In this document: piece by piece, positions 57,641 through 64,000 of the stretch
Layout of the letters: every line of letters starts with the position of its first letter
Numbering within the stretch: position 1 is the first letter of the stretch
Assembly (NCBI GenBank): GCA_012295275.1
Contig: CM022679.1
Span: 30,690,001 to 30,754,000 of the forward strand
Source of the DNA: Chrysomallon squamiferum
Taxonomy: Eukaryota > Animalia > Mollusca
DNA: 64,000 nucleotides
Direction: 5' to 3'
Notes under the pieces: model-generated
What the model was told of the DNA's origin: nothing
What the model saw: the letters and a program-made list of their open reading frames with translations, nothing else
The model's database searches: none
Program-made: the position numbers and the translations under genes

Positions 57641-57910
57641 GTAAGAAAATGAACACGTGACATATGAAGGAATGACATCATATCCAGGTGATTAAAGAAT
57701 AGTCATTTGCGCAGACGCATTTCAACAACTTATCGCAACTGAGCACGTAAAACCTCGAAGAATGACGTCACAAACACACGTGATTATTCAAATAACTATC
57801 GCGAAGGTACCTCCACAGCGATGTGAAAATGAAAACTTGACGTTTCAGGAAATGACGTCATAAGATATTGATCTAAAAATAAAGTAACTAACGAAAAGGA
57901 TGCTATACTG
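57641..57910. repeat. Diverged 90-bp triplet repeat with CRE and E-box cores
   Basis: AATGACRTCA at 57671, 57761 and 57851, each preceded 20 bp earlier by gaacacgtga / gagcacgtaa / gaaaacttga. Confidence 0.75.
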
Positions 57911-57937
57911 ATGATATTTTTAAAATCATATTTGCAG

Positions 57938-58021
57938 TACGACAGTGTATGACGATAGACAGCGAAAGAAGTCAGATATTTTGTACTGATGGAACCCGAA
58001 CAGGGCCTAATTCGGTATCAG
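57938..58021 (+). CDS. Candidate 84-nt cassette exon 10b (VRQCMTIDSERSQIFCTDGTRTGPNSVS) in the pore-S6 loop
   Basis: catatttgcag| ... CAG|GTACTA. 28 codons, phase 1-1, open frame, GC higher than flanks. Confidence 0.55.
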
Positions 58022-58644
58022 GTACTACAGCATGTTATCTCCCTTGAATCATGGCCGCCTAGTATAGATTGACGCAAAAATAACCTCACTTACACTCATA
58101 CGTAAATTAAGATGGTTAATTATTTCGTTTTAATGACGAGATACGTAGAAAAACCGTTTTGTAAAATTATTATATTTATTTACATTAAAAAAAAATAAAT
58201 AAATAAATCATATATTAAGAAGATAAAATCATAATTTTGATATTTTGTTAATAAAAGAATATTTTAAAATTTGTAATAATAATAGCAACACTAACAACAA
58301 CAACAATGATATCATAAAGAAAACCAACATTAAAGGCGAATAGGATGATGATAAAGCATTTTAAATAAATTTAACGAAGATATATATTATGATATAAATT
58401 TATCGTACTCACTCAATTTGGGTGTGGGTGAGGTTTAGATAGTGTTTTAGGCAACGGTACCAATGCATGCATAGAACGCTGTATAGATGAAACTGGCGAA
58501 CAAAAAACACCAGAAAACCCCAGTAAAACAAACAAAACAAAAACAAACAAACAAAAGCCTAGCACGAACAGCATATGACGCACTGTTAAATTATTTCTTA
58601 GTTATAAGCAACGTTTATGAAACAGACCATTTTTTTATTTTTGT

Positions 58645-58683
<39 letters not shown>

Positions 58684-58970
58684 TTATATTTTTTACATAT
58701 ATATGTTTTGATTTAATAATCTACACTTTCAATTCTTCTTTTTCTTATTTCATATTCACTCTTCTTTTATCTTTTTTCATATTATTTTTATAATATTTTA
58801 ATATTTCACTTTGTTTCTTATTTTTGTTCTTCGTCTTATTATTATCTGTAGAAATAGGTTTTTGTCTGAATCAAAATCTACTTGCTTTTCTTAAGTATTC
58901 AATACCTATTTCATTCACAGCCTTTCAGGACTGAAAATATTTTCCAAAGATATTCAGAAATATATGTTGT

Positions 58971-59075
<105 letters not shown>

Positions 59076-59629
59076 AAATGCTCTGTTTTGCTGCACTTCA
59101 ATATTGTTATTTTAGGTAACATTTCTATTTTATTAATCCAGTGTAGTTTTGTACTTGTGATAGCTAACTGTATAAATATATTTGTACATTTCGGTATAAT
59201 TGTTATTATGTGTATGTGTATTTGTGAATACTAATTTTGATAATATAGATAATGACAATGAAAACAGTTCCATATATATATATATATATAAATTTATATT
59301 TATTATAACAATAATACTATTATTAATAATAACAATAATAATTAACAAATTTTAATCGTGATAATAATAAATACAATATTAACGCATCAATAAAAGAAAT
59401 AATGTTCTATTTATTTCAATACAGATATATGTAATAATTAAACTGGGTTTCATATCTACTAAATATTTCTTTATTTAGTAATAAATAATCGGCTATATAT
59501 TACTGTCATAATCCAGTATTGTAGATATATAATTATATTTTCTCTGTTTATATTTGCCTTTATCACTATCTGTCTCTCTTTCTCTCTGTCTTTCTGCTCT
59601 CTTTCTGTGTGCATGTGTGTATGTATGTA

Positions 59630-59685
<56 letters not shown>

Positions 59686-59696
59686 CACACATATTC

Positions 59697-59729
<33 letters not shown>

Positions 59730-59909
59730 ATATAAAATGTCTGTTTCTTTATTCGTTTTCCTTTGTGTTTTCTTTGTATCTTTATTACTTTGCATATACG
59801 TTATTCACGGTGATACTAGATTAAATGCATTCACATATATAATAACCGTACTTAAAGATATATATATATATATGTGTGTATATATATGTATGTATTAAAT
59901 CTGTTTCAG

Positions 59910-60067
59910 TGTATTCGTCCCTGTACAGCAGCTCGCACGCTGAAACCAGCACGTCTATTGTCGAGGGTGTTGGGTTGTACCTGTTTGGAATTTACCACGT
60001 CGTTGTCATCATCGTCCTCATCAACATGCTTATCGCCATGATGAGTCACACGTTTGAGGACATCCAG
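59910..60067 (+). CDS. TRPC: TRPC exon 11 (S6: ...VEGVGLYLFGIYHVVVIIVLINMLIAMMSHTFEDIQ)
   Basis: ctgtttcag|TG TAT ... CAG|GTCAGT, phase 1-0; NMLIAMM motif. Confidence 0.96.
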
Positions 60068-60210
60068 GTCAGTTAAACGAGGATTCTGTGTTTACTGAGA
60101 ATACTGTTTAGTTGTTTTTTCCTTCATTAGTTATTGAAAGTTAAATGTTTAATAAGGAATGAAACTCTTTACAGAAACGTATTTTTGTGACTATGGATTA
60201 ACTTTGTCAT

Positions 60211-60249
<39 letters not shown>

Positions 60250-60399
60250 TTTGTTTATCATGTGTAGGCAGATAGAGAGATACATACGTACATGCATAAA
60301 TAAACAAACACACACATACATTTTATATGTTTGTATGTATGTGTGTGTGCAGTGCATGCATATATAGAGAGATAGGAAGACAGAGAGACAGACAGAGTG

Positions 60400-60601
<202 letters not shown>

Positions 60602-60642
60602 TTTGTTCGTCATGCCCGCGGATTTGAACCCAGTACCATTAA

Positions 60643-60879
<237 letters not shown>

Positions 60880-61574
60880 TGAGTTTATTTTCTTTAGATA
60901 AATATATTGTTTAAATTAAATGAAAGAAAAAAATGTGTATTTATGTTTTTCTTTTTATTATTATTACAGATGATAATTAGTAATGCTAGTGCTAGCTGGC
61001 CAAACAATAGTTGTTGTATGTTTTACTAGTGGTAGCGGAAATGGTGGTATTGGTAGACGTGTCAATGTAGTAATATTAGTGATGGTGATAGGAGTAGAAA
61101 CAGTAGGAGCGTTAGTAGTACTAGTAGTAGTAATTGCAGTAGCAGTAGTGGTTTTAATGGTTATAGTAAAAATAGTAGTAGATGAAGTATATGTGTTATA
61201 GATAATTTATTAAATTCATAGTTCAGCATTTGACCCTAACCAAATATAAATTATACTTGATTCTTTTCTCATGTTGTCTGTCTCCTGTGTAGATGGTAGT
61301 AATCATAATAATGATGGTTGATGATGATTATCATGATGTATTTTATTATTGCTTGTGTTTTAATTTGTTTTAGTTGTTCCATGGTCTTTATAAAAGTTAA
61401 TAAGATGGATAGCTTGATAAAGCAGGAAGGCAGTCATAATCATAAAGATTTTTAGAAAAATTTAAATAAAACAGATGATGTTCCTAATAACGAGTTTCAT
61501 TTTAAAATGTACCAGGATGGCAAAAATAATATGGCTGCTAAAATAGAAACAGAATATCGATGTTCCTTTGAAAC

Positions 61575-61729
61575 GAATCCTGTGGTCTAGAGAGGTGTTT
61601 CATAGGCGCTACATTGTTATGAAAGCGAATCCTGTGGTCTAGAGAGGTGTTTCATAGGCGCTACATTGTTATGAAAGCGAATCCTGTGGTCTAGAGAGGT
61701 GTTTCATAGGCGCTACATTGTTATGAAAG
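61575..61729. repeat. 52-bp near-perfect tandem repeat, 3 copies
   Basis: gaatcctgtggtctagagaggtgtttcataggcgctacattgttatgaaag at 61575, 61627 and 61679. Confidence 0.96.
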
Positions 61730-61873
61730 TGGCGCCGTGGAAACATCTACCTTGACAAGTGGACCAGACAGCTGATGTTTGTAACAGAGAGGAATTAAAA
61801 CAATAACAAAAATAACAAAAAAAAAAAAAACAACGAAAAATGTGATAGGGAAGAAGAAAAAGAAGAAGAAGAA

Positions 61874-61924
<51 letters not shown>

Positions 61925-62865
61925 GGAGAAAAAGAAAAACAACAACAAGAAAAAGACGAATAAAAAGAAGAAGAAGAAGGGGAAAGAGGAGACAGGAAAA
62001 GAAGGAGAATGAAAATAAAAAAAAAAGAGGAAAAGAAAACGAAAGTGTCGTTGATTGTGATTATGTCGACGATGAGGATGATTAGCTAAAGATAAATGCA
62101 GTTGACGTGAAATGTAAAATCTATAAAAGAAAAAATGAAAATTTAAATGTAAAGGATGAACACAGAAATAACAAACAGCTGAAAAAATTAAAGAACTTTT
62201 CAAAAAAAATAAATAAAAAACAGGAACAAAAAGTTTTTAATACCTTTCAATAATTTGTTTTAATCATTTGAAAATAAAACTGAATTCCTTTAATATCCAC
62301 TTATAGCTATAGCAGCAGATGATGTGTTATTTTGTGTTTCACATTTCCTCTTTTATGTTTTTATGTTCGTGTATTACCATTCGATGTCAAATTTAATCGT
62401 TTGTTGTTGTGAGTTATTATGTGTATCGATATTATCATTTGCTCTCCCGTATTGTAGTTCACTGTCGTATAATGTCTTCTATTATCGTACTTTTTCCATT
62501 CTGTTTTGTTTTACTGTGCCCTGATATATATGTTGTGACGTCATATGTTGTACAACGATTTTTTTTCTTTGTTGTAGCGTGTTTTGAATTTTAAGTTTAA
62601 ATATTTTGTGCAAAACAATTTAAGCATATTCAACCATAAAATATTACAATGTATATTACAAAACAATATTATCTGTTATGATCATTTTTATACAAAACAA
62701 TATAAAAAATTATACAACGATGCCCATATTATGACGCAACGTCTTCCGATCAAATCGATACGATATCGATACATCCACGATATATCTTTATATATCAGGG
62801 CACCGCAGATTCCAATACTATTCCCTGCTTGTTGTACTATCATATCAATTTAAAACAATCTTCAG

Positions 62866-63007
62866 GTTTTGTTACAGAAAAGGCGGGAAAACGTGTGCAA
62901 GACTCTCGACCTGAAACTGGACGAGACGTCATACTCAGACATCATGCATCGTCTGGTCAAACGATATCTCTTCAAGTTAGAGCGAGCCAAGGACGAGAGA
63001 GATTCAA
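62866..63007 (+). CDS. TRPC: TRPC exon 13 (CIRB/rib helix: YSDIMHRLVKRYL)
   Basis: Two in-frame acceptors (exon start 62866 or 62878); donor TCA A|GTATGC, phase 1; resembles TRPC YQ..M..LVKRY. Confidence 0.9.
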
Positions 63008-63445
63008 GTATGCGCTTATTTATTTATTTATTCATTTATTTATTTAGTTAGTTAGTTATTCGTTTGTTTGTTTGTTTCTTTCTTTCTTTCTTTCTATTTC
63101 TTTCTTTCTTCTTTCTTTCTTTCTTACTTTCTTTCTTTCTTACTATTTCTTTCTTTCTTCTTTCTTTCTTTCTGCTTTCCTTCCTTCTTTCTTTCTTTTT
63201 TATTTATTTATTCGTTTGTTTGTTTGTTTGTTTCTTTCTTTCTTTCTTCTTTCTCTTTTATTTCTTTCTTTCTTTCTTTCTTTCTTTATTTCTTTATTTA
63301 TTCGTTTGTTTGTTTGTTTGTTTATTTATTTATTTATTTATTTATTTATATGCTACCGATATAACTAGAAAGGTAGAGTAATTAATGAATGGACAGATTG
63401 ATATATTTTGATAATTTCCTTTTATTTTTTATATTGTGCTTACAT

Positions 63446-63553
<108 letters not shown>

Positions 63554-63651
63554 GGTAACTTTCTTTCACACAATTATTATAAAAACAAACTGTATTAATT
63601 TTAAACTGTGTTAAACAAAACTCTGTTGAAATAATTGTTTTTCTAATTAAG

Positions 63652-63795
63652 TAAAAGACAGCATGGCTGGTATTGGAGTACAGGAGATAGAGGTGCTAGA
63701 CATGGCTCCAGACATGCCCCCGCCTCCTGTTCCCGATGCTAACCGAATTCCGTACGCCACGCCACCAATTCCAGAAGAAGATGAATCCAAACTAG
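63652..63795 (+). CDS. TRPC: TRPC exon 14 (proline-rich C-terminal segment, ...DMPPPPVPDANRIPYATPPIPEEDESKL)
   Basis: Open frame with coding-like composition and strong donor TAG|GTGAGT. The 5' boundary is uncertain: AAG acceptors ending at 63651 or 63657 fit phase 1, while the CAG ending at 63661 does not. Confidence 0.72.
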
Positions 63796-63898
63796 GTGAG
63801 TACGAGTTGTCTTTCTGAGTCCTGTAGCAAAAATATATATACAAACTTGGAGCATTTTGTGGTAGCTTTTATTACTGTTGATGTTATTGTTGTTGTTG

Positions 63899-63969
<71 letters not shown>

Positions 63970-64000
63970 TTTATTTTATTTTATTATTATTTTTTCATTA

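Noticed and set aside
59921-59935. NAGNAG (tacagcag) alternative acceptors within exon 11
   Set aside because: They are 19 and 22 nt from the phase-compatible acceptor and would shift the frame.

Overview
AT-rich, microsatellite-dense animal genomic DNA. The repeat landscape and gene architecture suggest a mollusc, possibly a coleoid cephalopod, but this is inference. The window is dominated by one + strand gene encoding a canonical TRP (TRPC/TRP-TRPL family) cation channel. I assembled 14 phase-compatible GT-AG exons from ~19306 to 63795 (about 910 codons; the gene continues past the window end). They encode ankyrin repeats, the HxxxCxCxxC zinc motif, S1-S6, the LFW pore helix, the EWKFAR TRP box, LPxPF and the CIRB-like helix. 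Almost all other ORFs in the track are microsatellite artefacts. Main second-look signals: (i) two frame-preserving candidate cassette exons (33 nt and 84 nt, the latter with a Cys pair) that would greatly extend the extracellular pore-to-S6 turret; (ii) several candidate alternative ATG-bearing first exons, all phase 0 with the common ankyrin exon; (iii) local duplications sitting on splice signals (triplicated donor, decoy acceptors, a branch-point minisatellite); (iv) regularly spaced motif arrays (90-bp CRE/E-box triplet, ~48-bp CTCGAT array) and an intronic promoter-like cluster. No prokaryotic features, CRISPR arrays, rRNA or tRNA genes were seen.
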